From positions 3,958,161 through 4,022,160 of the forward strand of contig MU054323.1 in the NCBI GenBank assembly GCA_013239625.1: a stretch of 64,000 nucleotides of DNA, given 5' to 3'. Source of the stretch: Lama guanicoe. Lineage: Eukaryota. The notes under the pieces are model-generated. The model saw only the letters and a program-made list of their open reading frames with translations. It had not been told where the DNA came from and made no database searches. Below are positions 45,258 through 58,216 of the stretch, piece after piece (position 1 is the first letter of the stretch; each line of letters begins with the position of its first letter). The position numbers and the translations under genes were made by a program.

Positions 45258-46220
45258 CTGCACCAGGCCCGGCTCGGAGCCGCAGGAGGGGCCGGGCGAG
45301 GGGCTCAGCTCAGACTCAGCCAGGGCCACTCCGGGCCTCGCCTGTCCCCGGGGTCTCAGGGAGTGGGGCTGGGGCCAGGGGGCTGAGTCCCCAAGAAGCC
45401 TGCGCTGACCCAGCGGTGCCTCCAGAGATGAGGGGCCAGAGCCACCCCTGCTCCCTGGCAGACTTTGTAGTCACTGGGAGCCAGTTGGTCCTTAACAGCG
45501 TCTTGGTGGAGACACCTTCCTACTCATTCTTTCCCATTTCAGAGGACTTCGAGTTTGTGTGGGCACCCCAATCCAGCCCAGTACCTGTGAATGTGGGTCA
45601 CCTGCCCTGAATTCAGCCCATCCGGAGGGAGCAGAAAGGGGAAGGAGGGAGGCCCGGTGAGGAACTGACCCCCACCCTCCCTGAGGGACCATGGCCCAGT
45701 CGCAGCAGGAATCCAGGAGCCCCGATCTTCCAGAAACCCCAGTGAGTGGGGGCCTCTGAGTCCCCCGCCCTCAATTTCTTCTTGGGGAGGAGAGGAGAGG
45801 AGGTTTTTCCCTACGTGAACTGCTTCTGGGTTTCCTCAGGGGCTGGGAGGCCAGTGAGGAGACCGGAGTAATGAACGGACACAGCACGTTTCTCCAAACA
45901 TCCTGGAACTTTCTCCACGAAGCCGTCCCTTCTTTCCTAGGTGCTGCCCATTTCCCACAGGAAGCTTTCGCGAGGCAGCCCTCCTCCTCCCTGCCGAGGA
46001 CACGCGGCACCGGGCAGGTAGTTCAGCAACGCTGTCTCACTGACGCGGGTCACTCCCACAGGGCGACTGACGGACGGTGCTGTGACGCGAGGGACACATG
46101 TCTGAGGCTGGCCCCGTCCACAAGGCACCTCCGATCCGGCTGGGGAGACGAGGTGAGATGCGTAGACAGGAAACTGCCGGGGAGCCGGGAACACAGGCTG
46201 CAGGCAGTGCTAAATAGAGA

Positions 46221-46251
46221 GTGTGTGTGTGTGTGTGTATGGGGGGGGGGG
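46221..46251. repeat. (GT)9 microsatellite plus G11 homopolymer
   Basis: gtgtgtgtgtgtgtgtgt at ggggggggggg. Confidence 0.9.
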
Positions 46252-46255
46252 ACAG

Positions 46256-46515
46256 CTGGAGGAAAGCGAGGGAAGGCACGGAAGGGGAGGGGGCCCGGAG
46301 CAGTGAAGGGGGACTGTGGACTCAGGGGTACGCGAGGCACCCGCGGCAGAAGGACTTGTTACAGTTTGTTATTTATGAGATGCATACTGGGGGAAACGAG
46401 GGAAGGCACGGAAGGGGAGGGGGCCCGGAGCAGTGAAGGGGGACTGTGGACTCAGGGGTACGCGAGGCACCCGCGGCAGAAGGACTTGTTACAGTTTGTT
46501 ATTTATGAGATGCAT
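46256..46515. repeat. Two-copy tandem duplication, period 130 bp
   Basis: 46267-46385 is identical to 46397-46515 (119 bp). Confidence 0.95.
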
Positions 46516-47149
46516 CCAGATGTCACAAACTACTTGTGATGTTATTTACATCTTCTGGTGCCAACACGGATAGTTCCAGAAGGGTCATGTTCTAAAGCAG
46601 TAATAGTATATAACAGTATATAAAGACCCCGTTCCCTTAGAGGAGACTCCCCCAAGCACGTATGCCTTGTTCCTGGCACTTGGGCCTCCACAGTTGTCCT
46701 CATTCGTGCACTGTGGTCCTTAGCCAGGAATTCCCTCTGGGCAGCTAAACTCCCTTCAGTGATCAGCTGCGTTGCATCCATGGTATATTAATACTGTTAA
46801 AAGTGGATATTACAGAGGTTTCAACCCAAGGCTGGTCATATCTTCACCACTGAGTTGTGAAGTGTCTGGAAATAGTAATAGCACCCAAACTCCACTTCCC
46901 TAACATTTTATTCGAACTCTTTTATGTGGACTGTCTTTCCACAGGAGGAGCCGCTGTCAGGATTTCAGGAAACGGTTCAGCTCCCAGGCATATTCACTTG
47001 AAGGAGAATGGGTAAACATATTTAGTTACAAAGAAACCACAAGGAGATGCTTAACTTCAATCTCTAAGCACAAGTCCAGGCTTTCTCTGTTGAATGACAG
47101 ATGAAGTCACCATCCTGCAGTCACTGTCAGTAGGGAACATTAAATAAGT

Positions 47150-47350
47150 CATGGGGTGTAATGTACAGCATGGTGACAACAGTCAATGGTGCTGTACTGC
47201 ATATCTGCAAGTTGCTAAGGGAGTAAATCTTAAAAGTCTTTATCACAAGAAAAAAAAATCTCTTCTTGGTAACTATGTATGGTGTTGGATGTTAACTTAT
47301 TGTGGTGATCATTCCATAATATATACAAATACTGAATCATTATGTTGTAG
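47150..47350 (+). mobile_element. Old L1M 3' fragment
   Basis: atgtacagcatggtgacaacagtcaat...gttgctaag.gagtaaatcttaaaag. Confidence 0.7.
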
Positions 47351-47939
47351 AAAAATAGAGAACATCATTTTTATGACTTGAGAATCAAAAATGAATCTGC
47401 TTACTTGGTGCAGGGAAAACCTGGGGGTTGTTTAGATGCCCCTGAGCTGTCACCATCTCTAAAGGAGAAAGCGTAAGAACTTAGAAGCATCGGAGTCAGC
47501 TTCTCTTTCTTTCCCTGCTTTCCTCTAGAGAGTCACCCCGGTGCTGGTGTCAGCCAGCAGTGCTCATCCTCTGACAAGGACAAGCTCACAAGCACCACGG
47601 AGCAAATGCTGGATTGTTCAGCTGCCCTGAGTACACTTACAGAAATACCGTAAGGGTTAATGTGTAGACTCTTTTCTTAAATTACTAAATCCACTTAGAT
47701 CTTTTGTCACAAGCTATTTGAAAATATGGTATGATTTGTGACCACAGATATCACCCTTCATCCCTTTTCCTTTAAGTAGAAGATTTTTCAGTTCTCTCTG
47801 CCAAACACACTCAAAGTTTCAAAGGATAGAGACCTGTCTTCATTGAGACACTGAAAAGTGTCAGGAGTCTGGAAATCTTCTAGTGTAAGGATTCACTGAA
47901 TAGAGAAAACCCAGGGCCAGAGAGGTCAGCTGCAGTAAA

Positions 47940-48185
47940 GAAAACCAGTGGGAATGTCAGACTCAGGAAGACCTGGGATTGAGTCCTAGCTGGGTTTCTC
48001 GTGGGGTTTGTAACCTTGGTTGTAACGCTTTCCAAAATCTGTTTAGCCATCCCTGAAACAGGATTAAAAATACCAACCTTCCTCATAGGAATTTTTGTAG
48101 AATTAAAGTGAAACAATTATGTAAACAACTGCATTGATAGCATGATGCCTCATAAAAAAGAAAGCCACTCAGTAAGTGGTAAATG
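47940..48185 (+). mobile_element. MIR SINE
   Basis: cagactcaggaagacctgggattgagtcctagct...cctcatagga...aattaaa. Confidence 0.65.
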
Positions 48186-51100
48186 ACCATTTATTATGTG
48201 TGTGCGTTAGAGTGGAAGCATATTGTAGGGGACCTATTAAGCGAGCTAATCACAACGGCTATAGAAAGAGAGATTAATAGAACAAAAATAAGAAATAAGG
48301 CTAAAGAAAGAGGTCAGAAATGAAACAGGGCATCGTTGAGGTCTAGGCATAGCTGAGACGAGGCATGCATTTGTCTCTGACAATTCCTAACTTTCCTGGG
48401 TATTTGAAATTCTGTCCTTTCAGAGGTGGATGGAGGTCTTCCTTCAGCAAGTAGACTAGCGACTTTAACAGAGACACATTCTGATGTCACAAAGATTAAT
48501 CTCAGCTAGTGGCTATGACTTATCAGCTTGTGAAAGCAAAGTCCTGTCGGGTAAACCATCAGTCTGAGTAATCACAGATCTCTTGGTACCCATTAGAAAG
48601 CCACCTGATTAGTGGAATACCGAGAAATTAGATAATGCTGAATACCCCAGTTACAGTCTCTAGATGTGAAACTATGCATTCTGTTTATCTGCAGGTGACC
48701 AGAAGGGTCCTGAACAAGTTCGGGGAACTATGAAAACAGCCCAATATTCTGAGTTCAATGTAGTTCATATACTGAAACAGGTGTTCAGTATACACTTGCT
48801 GAATACAAATGAATGAATCAATGCCACTCAGTCATACCCCATAGTTCCCAGGATATTTATGTACAGTGACCAGGATGCTAAATAAATCTTTTTGGTGACA
48901 TAAAACAAGGAAATACAATCTGATACAAATTATTTCCAGCTTTACTGTTCAAAAACCTCATCTGGCAAATAGGAACCAGTATTGACAACGATTAATTAGC
49001 CTATGTCTTTTCTGCCTGTGACAGCATTGTAATTGCAAATAATGCCCAGAAGCTGGAAAGTAAACTTTAAGAATTGTAGATGGGAGCCATGCCCAGTGTG
49101 GTCTGTGCATGCCAATGACAAAGTGCACATGCACATGCGCGCGCACACACACACACACGCAAAATAAGTGTCAAGGAAAAAAAATTGTCCATTTAGGTGA
49201 ATGGCACAAGTGGAAGATGGTGGGATGGGCCAGGGTCAACCAAATGAAGCCACTACTGATGGATGATTAACCTCCGGTGAGGAAGCAAAAGGAACCTTTC
49301 CTACCCTGTTATTCTGCTATGCAAGAGATAAGGTGAGAACGTTGAGCAGCAGTTCTTACCAGGGGAGAGAAGTCAGAAGTCAGCACCGTCCAACGTGCAG
49401 TCAGGCTCTGCAGCTATCACTTCCCTGACTACGCGCTCTCACCCATCTGCCCTTCCAGGGCCTGCTCCAGCCCCACCTACTTGGAGGGGCCTTTCTCTGG
49501 CTCCAGTCCAGTTAGACTCATGGCTTCTGACCCTGCTCTCTTATCAGTCAGTTTCTTCATAGGGCAACTGATCCTAAAGGACCTTCATTACAGACCTTCT
49601 ACTGTTGCCCTGAACTTCTGTTTCCACTAATACTATTTAATTTTTCACGTGTTTACATATTATCTTGCTAACTGGAGACACAAGCTTGGAGGACAAGAAT
49701 GGTGTGTAGTTTTCACCTTTGGATTCCTCTCCCTCTCTCTCACCAGCACCGCACTGGGCCAGGCGGACAGTAGCTAAGGAGTAACTACTGGGATTATAAT
49801 GTGAGATGGTCCTGGTGACACAGGGTCTTTTTTCACGCCTGCAACTCAGTTTTACTTTTGGGTGCCGCTGCATATGTTTCTATCTTAATTTAGAATGTGT
49901 GGTGAATTTGAATCAGTAGGAGCGAGAGGCAGAGTCCAGGAGGCCAGGATCACGGGACAGTCTCAGACTCTCCGAGGGTCAGTCCCCCGTCTGTGTGATG
50001 AGTGGAGAGGACAAGGTGACCTTTAAAAACCAGTGCAAAAATCTGACTACTTTGATTCTGTGAAGGCTTTGGAATTGAAAGAAAACAACACATAAGCTAT
50101 CCTGGGTTCAGACTTCACTGTGGTGAGGAGCTGTGGCTGAGGATTTGGAGGCACTGGGCAGGATGGATTTTCCGGGACAGCATCTATCTCTACAAAGGCC
50201 TGCCCTCATACTGCGCAAGAAATATAAGCCTTCACCCACTGTAAACAGATTTCCAAATAAGGGGAGGTCAAGCCCTCCTGAGGGTACTGGGGACTCTCAG
50301 GAAGTTCCTCCTCATGTATAGCTTTAGGCTTCATCCTTGCCTTGACCCATAAGCTTCCTTAGAGGTACCTTAGCTTTTCCTTTGAAAAGCTTTTTTCCTG
50401 GCTTTGGTCGGCTGCTCTTTACTGATTTTTAAAAGAAGTCTGCTTTGTGTTCTTACACAACTAAGGCTCAGAATGCACTGACATCAGAGGGCTGACCAGT
50501 GCTGCTGCTGGAGAGATGCCGGCTGGCTAAGCGAGCCTCACTCTCCCCATGTGACTGCTGATTCTCTCAGGTACTGAGGGAGCCCCTGAGCACTCTCTTC
50601 TGAGAGCTTGATAGATGAGAAGGGCCTAAAGACACATCACAGTTAATTAAAAAAAAATAAAAAGGTAAGTGCCCAGTGTGGGGTCTACACAGCCAGGCTG
50701 CAGTGGTCCAGAGTGGGTCTCCGAGGTCCTGCAGGAGGTGGGACTTGAGCAGACCTTGGATGATGGGCCGGATTTGAGTAGCTGGACTGGGTGGCAGCAC
50801 TGGAAGAGCAATGGCAGGAAGCTGAGACCGTGTGTTATGCGCTGACAGTCTGTAACCCCGCCAGCCAGCCGAGTCCACGGAGAGGGCTGGGGAAAGTGGG
50901 GAAAAGGAGGGAGCACGGTTTGCTGAGCCTGGGACAGAGAGAGCTTGCCAGCTAAGTCAGTCTTTGATTGAACTGCGAGTTACCTTACGAACTGCACATT
51001 ATATATTTGGCATTAAATACAGTACCTATGGCATGATAACTGTAGGTAGGAAAGAAGGCTATGGTTATTGGGCTGGATTCTCCTCGTCCAGAGCTGCGAA

Positions 51101-52119
51101 AGGAAATGGAGGCACAGGGATTCACAGAATGTCAGACGTACGCAGGATTTCAGAGGCTGACCCTGGATAACAGTCTCACTTTATGGAGGAGCTGAGGCCT
51201 ACACAGCCAGAGGCGGTTTTTTGTTCTTGTTTTTTGCAAACAAGGGCAGAGACAGGGCAAGAACCTGGGCCTCCTAGTTGATAATCTAGAATATTCATTC
51301 TACTCTAATTGCACTAAATCTATGTTGACTACATAAAATTGCTCGGAAATTGCTTTATGGAAATGAATCTTTGATATCAGTGTATTTGCTTGTAATCTAC
51401 TGCTCATTAAAAGTGAAAACCTTAATTGATATTTTTGTGGGTTTGTATTCAGAATATTGTTATGTAACTAATTATACAGAATCACAGAGAGATTCATGCC
51501 ATTAAAGTCACTACATCTAACTCATCTCCCAGGATGGGTATCCCGTCAACCTGGGAATACTTGATCAGCAGGCTGCCTAAATGTGGAATTCTGTGACATT
51601 ACATAATGCTGCAGTCAGCACAGCAGTGAAAAGTCCCTACAAGGCAAACTCCCAGCCTGTTTATCTGCAGATGACCAGATGGATCCTGTGTATGGACAGC
51701 AACCCTTTGTGGTCACATGTCGCGTGTCCTCTATTTCTGTCCTCTGTCCAGGTCAGACCACCCATTACAAGGAAAGCTGAGAAAGGGGCCAGCTTGGTGA
51801 TGGAAGTTTCTCCGACACTGTCTTTACCTAGATTTTGAAGTCAAGGGCAAATAATTACCAGACGGCCTGATGTTACTTTCATCTGTACATCCTTTGCTCT
51901 CCATCAGCCTCGGGGGAGGAGTCAGACCTTCCCCAGAACCCAGTCTGCTTCGGTGTCTTGGAGAGTTCAAAGCAGAAAGTGGGCAGAAACATGTGCTGCT
52001 TACTGTCTGGGGTTCTCTGTCTTTCTTCTTTTTAATAGTGGCACTTAGCTTTTAATAGTTATTTTAAAAAATAATGCCCACCTTCAGCTGTTTTGAGATC
52101 CCTCTTGGAAAAGGACCTC

Positions 52120-53305
52120 TTTTTTAACAGCCTTATTGAGATAAAATTCATACCATAAAATACACCCATTTCAAGTGTAAAATTCAATTTTTTAGCATAT
52201 TCATAGAATTATACAACCATTATTACCACAATTGATTTTTTGAAAAATTTTAACACCTCAAAAAGAAATCCTGTGCTAATTAGCCAGCACCTCATAAATT
52301 TCCCATTCTCTCAGCCCTCAGAAGCCACAAATCTATTTTCTGTCTCCATAGGTCTATTCTGGACATTTCATATAAATGAGATCACATGATCTGTGGCCTT
52401 CTGTGACAGTTTTTTTTTTAACTTAGCATAACAGTTTCAAGGGTCATCCATCTTGTAGCATGTTATTCTTTTTAATTGCCAAATAATATTCCATTGTTTG
52501 GATTTACCACAGTTTATTCATCAACTGATGGACATTTGTGTTTTTTCCACTTAGTGGCTATTATGAATAATGCTGCTATGACATTCATGTACCAGTTTTT
52601 GTGTGGACATATGCTTTCATTCCTCCTGAGCAGACAGATCTAAGAGTGAAACTGCTGGGTCATATGGTAATTCCTGTGTTTAATCATTTGAGGAAAAGCC
52701 AGACTTTTCCAAAGTGCCTGCACCATTTTATATTCCCATCAGCAGTGTGTGAAGGTTCCAATCTCTCTGCATCCTTGCCAACACTTGTTATTTTCTCTCT
52801 TTTTGATTATAGCCATCCTAGTGGGTGTGAAGTGGTATCTCACTGTGGTTTTGATTGACATTTCCATGATGGCTGTGATATTGAGCACCTTTTTGTGTTC
52901 TTATTGGCAATCTGTGTATCTTTGGATAAATGTCTATTCAAATCCTTTCGATTTTGAACTTTTTAAGTGAGTTGTCTTGACTTTTTATTATTAAGCTGTA
53001 AGAGTTCTTTATATCTTCTAGATACAAGCCTTTTATTAGATATGGATTTGCAAATGTTTTCTCTCATTCTGGGGGCTGTCTTTTCACTTTCTTGACAGTG
53101 TCTTTTGAAGTACATTCTTAATTTTGATGAAGTCTATTTAATCTGTTTTTTCTTTTGTTACTTGTTCTTTTGGTGTCATATCTAGGAAACGTTGCCTAAA
53201 ACAAGGTCAAGAAAATCTACTCCTGTATTTTCTTCAGGGAGGTTTATACTTTGGGGTGTTATATTTATGTCTATAATCTATGTAGTGTTAAATTTTGTCT
53301 ATGTA
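52120..53305 (-). mobile_element. L1M (L1MA/MB-like) 3' fragment
   Basis: ttattgagataaaattcatacc...gatggacatttg...tatagccatcctagtgggtgtgaagtggtatctcac. Confidence 0.88.
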
Positions 53306-55842
53306 AGTGTCCCTTTAAGCCTTGCTTTTGGAAATTTCTAGGTTCTACTCTGGGTAACCTCTTCTGCCTCCCTGCTAATAGGGCATGACCTGTTCCCAAT
53401 GAGGATGACATCAGTCCTCTTGCTCAATGAGCAGGGTCAGTCCCTTATCAGGTGCTGCTCCTCCCTGGTGCTTTCCAGGCAGTGACCAGTCACCAGGGAC
53501 TGAGAGTCACAGTCACTGTGGGGACAAGCCCTAAACCCTTGTCTTTTCAGAAGGAAAAAAGATGTTTTTTTGAAGCTGAAATCCCAAGTTCCTTTTAAAG
53601 TCCGTAATGCTCTGGGCATCATGGTTCCTTTTTTTTTTTTTTCCAGAAAGTATCCAAGGGTTAAAGATAGTGAGGCTTTTCTGTACCCAGAACAGCTCAA
53701 CATGTTTTTACAAGGAAACATACAAACCTAGTAATAAATACAAAATAAAAAATAAATAAAATAAGGAGACATCAAACACATTAGAACGGTTGCTTTGGGG
53801 GTGAAGAGAAGATCAGGAGTTGGGGGTGGGGATGCGGAGCCAGGATGAGAAGTAAACAGGTGACCAATGAAATGAGACGGGGCCTCCACAGACCAATGGC
53901 AGTCCTGCCAGGTGCCGAGGAGCGAGCCGCAGAACAGCAGTCGTGCCATTCTAAACGTTAAAAAAACCACTAGTATTTATCAAGCACCAAAAGTGTATCA
54001 TTGTGATTGTTAACTTTCATAAATTATCTGACTTAATATTCAAAAGAAAAGACCCTGCAAAACAGATATTTCAACTCTTACAAACAAGGAAGCTGGGGCT
54101 AAATTCTACATAACTCACAGAATTCTGTCTTCTTTATGCAACTACAGATCCCTAGAAGGGGCGATTATGAGCGTGTAAGAGGAGCAAGTGAACAAGATCA
54201 GGTTCATCTCAGTGATGCTGGGCATACACCATCAAGCTGCCCTTTATCTGGGGAAATGAGTGAGTGTCAGTAGCAAGAGCTGCAGCTGCATGTTGCTTTA
54301 AGGTTTGTGAAGGGATTTGGTATCCATTACTTCTTTTAATCTTTTTAATAACCCTGTGAGTTCTATATTAGACATCGCAGGTGAGACACCTGAAACTCCC
54401 TGGAGTTAAATGACTTTCTGGGATCACCTGGCATGTAACTAGCTGAGCTGGAACTCAAAGGCAGGTGTTCTGACTTCACATCTCAAGTGGTTCATACTCC
54501 ACCATCCTGACTCTTAATGAGAGGATAAGGGAAGCCAGGACTCTTTATGGCATTTGTTAGAGAAATGACATGGGGGTACTGAGCCTCAGCTGAGGACCCC
54601 CAGGGAGGATGCTCAGAGAGGCAAGCATGGAAACACCGCAGGGATCCCCTGCCAGGGAAGGAGCTGGGGCTTAGCGGCATTTCTCAGGGTATGCCTCCGG
54701 TAACATCCAGGTTTCCGGTGAACTGTGCTTCGGGAAGAAGCAGACACGCAGAAACACCTGTGGTTGATGCTCCTTGGATGTGTTCTTAATGTAAATACTG
54801 TTTATTGCAACTTCCCCCTTCTAAATGCCTTCATGCATTTCCCCTAAGTAGGTAAACAACAGACTGGCTCAGACACCTCAGTTCTTTCTCCACACTTACC
54901 CTGCACACAGTGGCCTTGCAGGGTTACTCCTGTGGATTAACACTCGGGAATGTGAGGCACTGTATCACACCCAGAAAATATCTCCAAGAATGAGTTAGTT
55001 ATGAAACGATGTGTCTGTCCTCTTATTCCAGACCAGGTCCTGGGACTGGAGTCCCCTGGCGGAACACTGGCTGACACTGTTCTGTATCACTGGCTGACCC
55101 AGAGGCAAAGCTAAAGGCCATTTATGCTAATTAAATTTGGACAAGTCCAATATAAAATGGTAAATTGAGGCAATTAATTCAAATCTATCTACTTCTCTTG
55201 ACTCTTACACTTTTTTTCACCTGGGCATCTTAGTTGAAAATGGTGATGGATGCTGGAATTATCCAGATAATTACTTCATTCTCACTTCACTAATAACAGA
55301 GCCATGTCTCCGTGTTAGAGGGCAGATGAGACATTTGCACCCTTACAGCTCAGAGAAGCTAGAACCTTCCTGAGAGGAGGGAGGTAGAGGGGTGAGGGAG
55401 TCAGTTTAACTCAAGCAGCTTCCAAGGTCAACCCGCGGGTCAGCGCACTGCCATCTTCAGGGCAGAGCAGAGGCCCTCCTTTCACCCTGCTAGTGCTCCC
55501 CTTCCTGAAGCCCTTCCAAGGAGGGAGAGGAGGGGCTCCTGGGTGGGACCTCCTCCTCCTCCCACGCTCTCACCCCAAGTCTCTCCACGTCTCTCCTTCT
55601 CACTCTTGTGCTCACGCTCAGTACACTCACTCTCTTGCTCTGGTCACCAAACCTCAGGCCCAACCTCCAGTTTCTCTATTAAGGTTGCCTGTCCCATTCG
55701 TCCTTCTCCTTCGCATTTGCTTTATCACCTCCACCATTTAAAGATCCCATTATCTTTGAATTAGTTTATATTTCGAGTTATTTAGTGGGCCGGGATGCTG
55801 GCATATAAGTGAACATGCCACAGTGACTCCCAACACACTCTG

Positions 55843-56635
55843 TGTATTAGTTTGTTCAGGCTCCCATAACAAACAGACTGGGTGACTTACAACAGACAAG
55901 GCTGAAGGCTAGAAGTCCAAGATCGAGGTCTTGGCAACGCTGGCCTCCTTTGAGACCTTTCTCCTTGGCTTGTAGGTGGCCACCTCCTCCTCTCTACGTC
56001 TTCACGTGGTTTTCCCTCTGTGCCTGTCTGGGTTGTGATCCCCTCTTCTTATAAGGGCACCAGTCCTATTGGATTAGGGCCCACCCTAATGGTTTCATTT
56101 GACTTAATTACCCCTTTAAAGGCCCTGTCTCCAAACACAGCCACATTCAGAGATACTGGAGGTTAGAACTTCAAAGTATGCTTTAGTCTGCTCAGACGGC
56201 CGTACCAAAATACCATAGGCTGGGGGTTTAAGCAACAGAAATTAATTTTCTCACAGTCTGGGAGTTGGAAGTCTGAAATCGGGGTACCAGGATGGTCAGG
56301 TTCTGGCGAGAGTCCTCTTCCAGGAGTACAGATGGCTACCTTCTCCCTGTGCCCTCACGGGCAGGGAGTGGGAGTAGAGGGTAGGGATGAAGGTGGGAGG
56401 GGGGAAGAGAGAGAGAGGGAGAGAGATCTGATGTCTTTTCTTGTAAAGAAACTAATCCCATCATGAAGGCCCTACCTTAGGACCTTGTCTAAACCTAATT
56501 ACTCCCAAAGCCCTCTCTCCGAATACTATCACATTGGGGATTAGGGCTTCAACATATGACTTTGAGGGGAACACAATTCAGTTCATAGCAACATATGAGT
56601 TTAGGGGGATACTCTTGAGTCCACATTATAGTCTG
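55843..56635 (-). mobile_element. MaLR LTR (MLT1-like) with a second MLT1-like LTR nested at 56179-56590
   Basis: Two LTR-like units beginning tgtattagttt / tgctttagtct; outer unit resumes at acatatgagttt after the inner end ttcatagca. Confidence 0.75.
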
Positions 56636-57469
56636 AATGGGTTCTATAAACAAAGGTATATGATCTCCTTACAGTGGGCTGTGATACAGATCCGACCTCC
56701 TGTGTTTCCTGAGACGGACTCTGAGAAACTTTGAGAAGACCCTGTTAACCAAGTAGCTGACTAGGGACTATGGTCCAGATGGTCTTGGAACTGCCTCACT
56801 GAGTCAGTGCCTTCCTCAGCATCCTGAGAAGGGCTTTGGCCATGCGATTGCTGCAGTGGAAGGATGTTGTTGGAGAACTGCCTCTGAGGCGTATCTCTGG
56901 GCAGCCATGAAATCCTGTGGTAATTCCAAGGGTAGGGCAAATCCAGAAAACAACTGGCCTGGGACACTGACAGCCTATCAACAATGCAAAATAACCCAGA
57001 AGAATGATAAAGCTTGTTGACTTTTGCTCTCCAGGGGCTATTTTTCTCCTAGCAGAATAAACTTGTCTCTTAGGGATCAAAGACAGACTCCCAGAGAACT
57101 CTGAACTCCCTTGTAACTGTGGGCCAGCAATCCCCTTAGCTCAGGAAACTATGCAGCCTTGGCCTAAATAGGAAGGGCACATTGATGCTTTGATACTGTG
57201 AATGTTCTGGGTGGAAACAGAGAAATAAGTGTCTCTTGCAAGAAAAGAATAGGTGCAGAAATCCACAAATTAGAAAAGACTTTTACATGAGATACCAGGC
57301 TTCTCAAAGAATTGCTGGGATTATGAGATTTTTTTAAAGTGACACCATTAACACCAACCAGGCTATGAAGAAAGGCAGAGTAACAGCATATTTGGTTAAA
57401 ACGACCAAAAAAAAAAAAAGGCAAAAATAACATAGTATTGTTTAGCTGAGTAGTCTGACTGAACCCAAC

Positions 57470-57752
57470 AGTAATCTGATTTCATTATGGTCAGAGAATT
57501 TAGCCTGCATGATTTCAATTATTTTAAAGTCACATAAAAGTTTGTTTATGACCCAGAGTATGGCCTATTTTGGTGAATGCTTCAATGATCATTTGAAAAA
57601 ACGTATATACTACTGAGTTGGGTGTAGTTTTCTATAAACGTCAATCAGATCCTGTTGGTTGATGGTGTTGCTGAGTTCTTTTATATTGTTGCTGATTTTG
57701 TTCATTTGTTCTATGAATTGCTGAGAGTAGGGTGTCGAAGTACCGACTATAA
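57470..57752 (-). mobile_element. Old L1M fragment
   Basis: tttgtttatgacccagagtatggcctattttggtgaatg...gttggttgatggtgttgctgagttc. Confidence 0.65.
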
Positions 57753-58216
57753 ACAAAGCTGGGCCTCAAAAACAAACAGAATAAGGCTTCCTCCTATTCA
57801 TCAGTCGATAAATCAACTAACAGCAAAAGAGGACTTATTGATGACTTTCAGCATTCTTAGTCCTGTATTAGGTGGTGAAAGAAAGACGATATGAGTCTAG
57901 TTAAGAAAACTGGGTGTTTATATCATGCATGAAATCGATGTGTACAGGCTCATGGTGATATACTGAAATATTTGTTAACTTCCCTTTCTAAAGATTTTCA
58001 TGAGTTCCATTAATTCCTCTGGCTAGCCAGACTTTGTTTTAGGTAACAATATAGACCAACAATAAGGCAGGTGGGCGTCCACAGGTTGGATGGTCTATTG
58101 AGTGACTTACTCTTGTAGAACAAGCTGATCCCGGAAGACCCAGAGACCTACCACGTTTTTCAGAGCTGGGTACCGATGCTTCCTTCGCTCATGTGTCTCT
58201 TGCTTTTAGGAAGTGC

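Larger units (their letters stand above)
44860..45410. promoter_or_regulatory. CpG island over promoter and exon 1
   Basis: Very high GC and dense CpG by eye relative to the rest of the window; boundaries approximate. Confidence 0.8.

Noticed and set aside
44459..45610. Long GC-rich ORFs over exon 1/promoter (216, 129 and 149 aa)
   Set aside because: Stop-codon scarcity in a CpG island; the Cys run is the out-of-frame reading of the CTG repeat
46256..46515. Possible CRISPR-like or other array
   Set aside because: Only two contiguous copies with no spacers, in mammalian DNA
45871..46539. 222-aa + strand ORF with a repeated peptide
   Set aside because: Product of GC-rich sequence, the microsatellite and the 130-bp duplication; no protein similarity recognised
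56700..57330. Unique-looking sequence with short ORFs (also 2200-2800, 5400-5800 and 62000-62600) as possible pseudogene or exon remnants
   Set aside because: No recognisable protein family or consistent exon structure by eye; would need BLASTX and a conservation track
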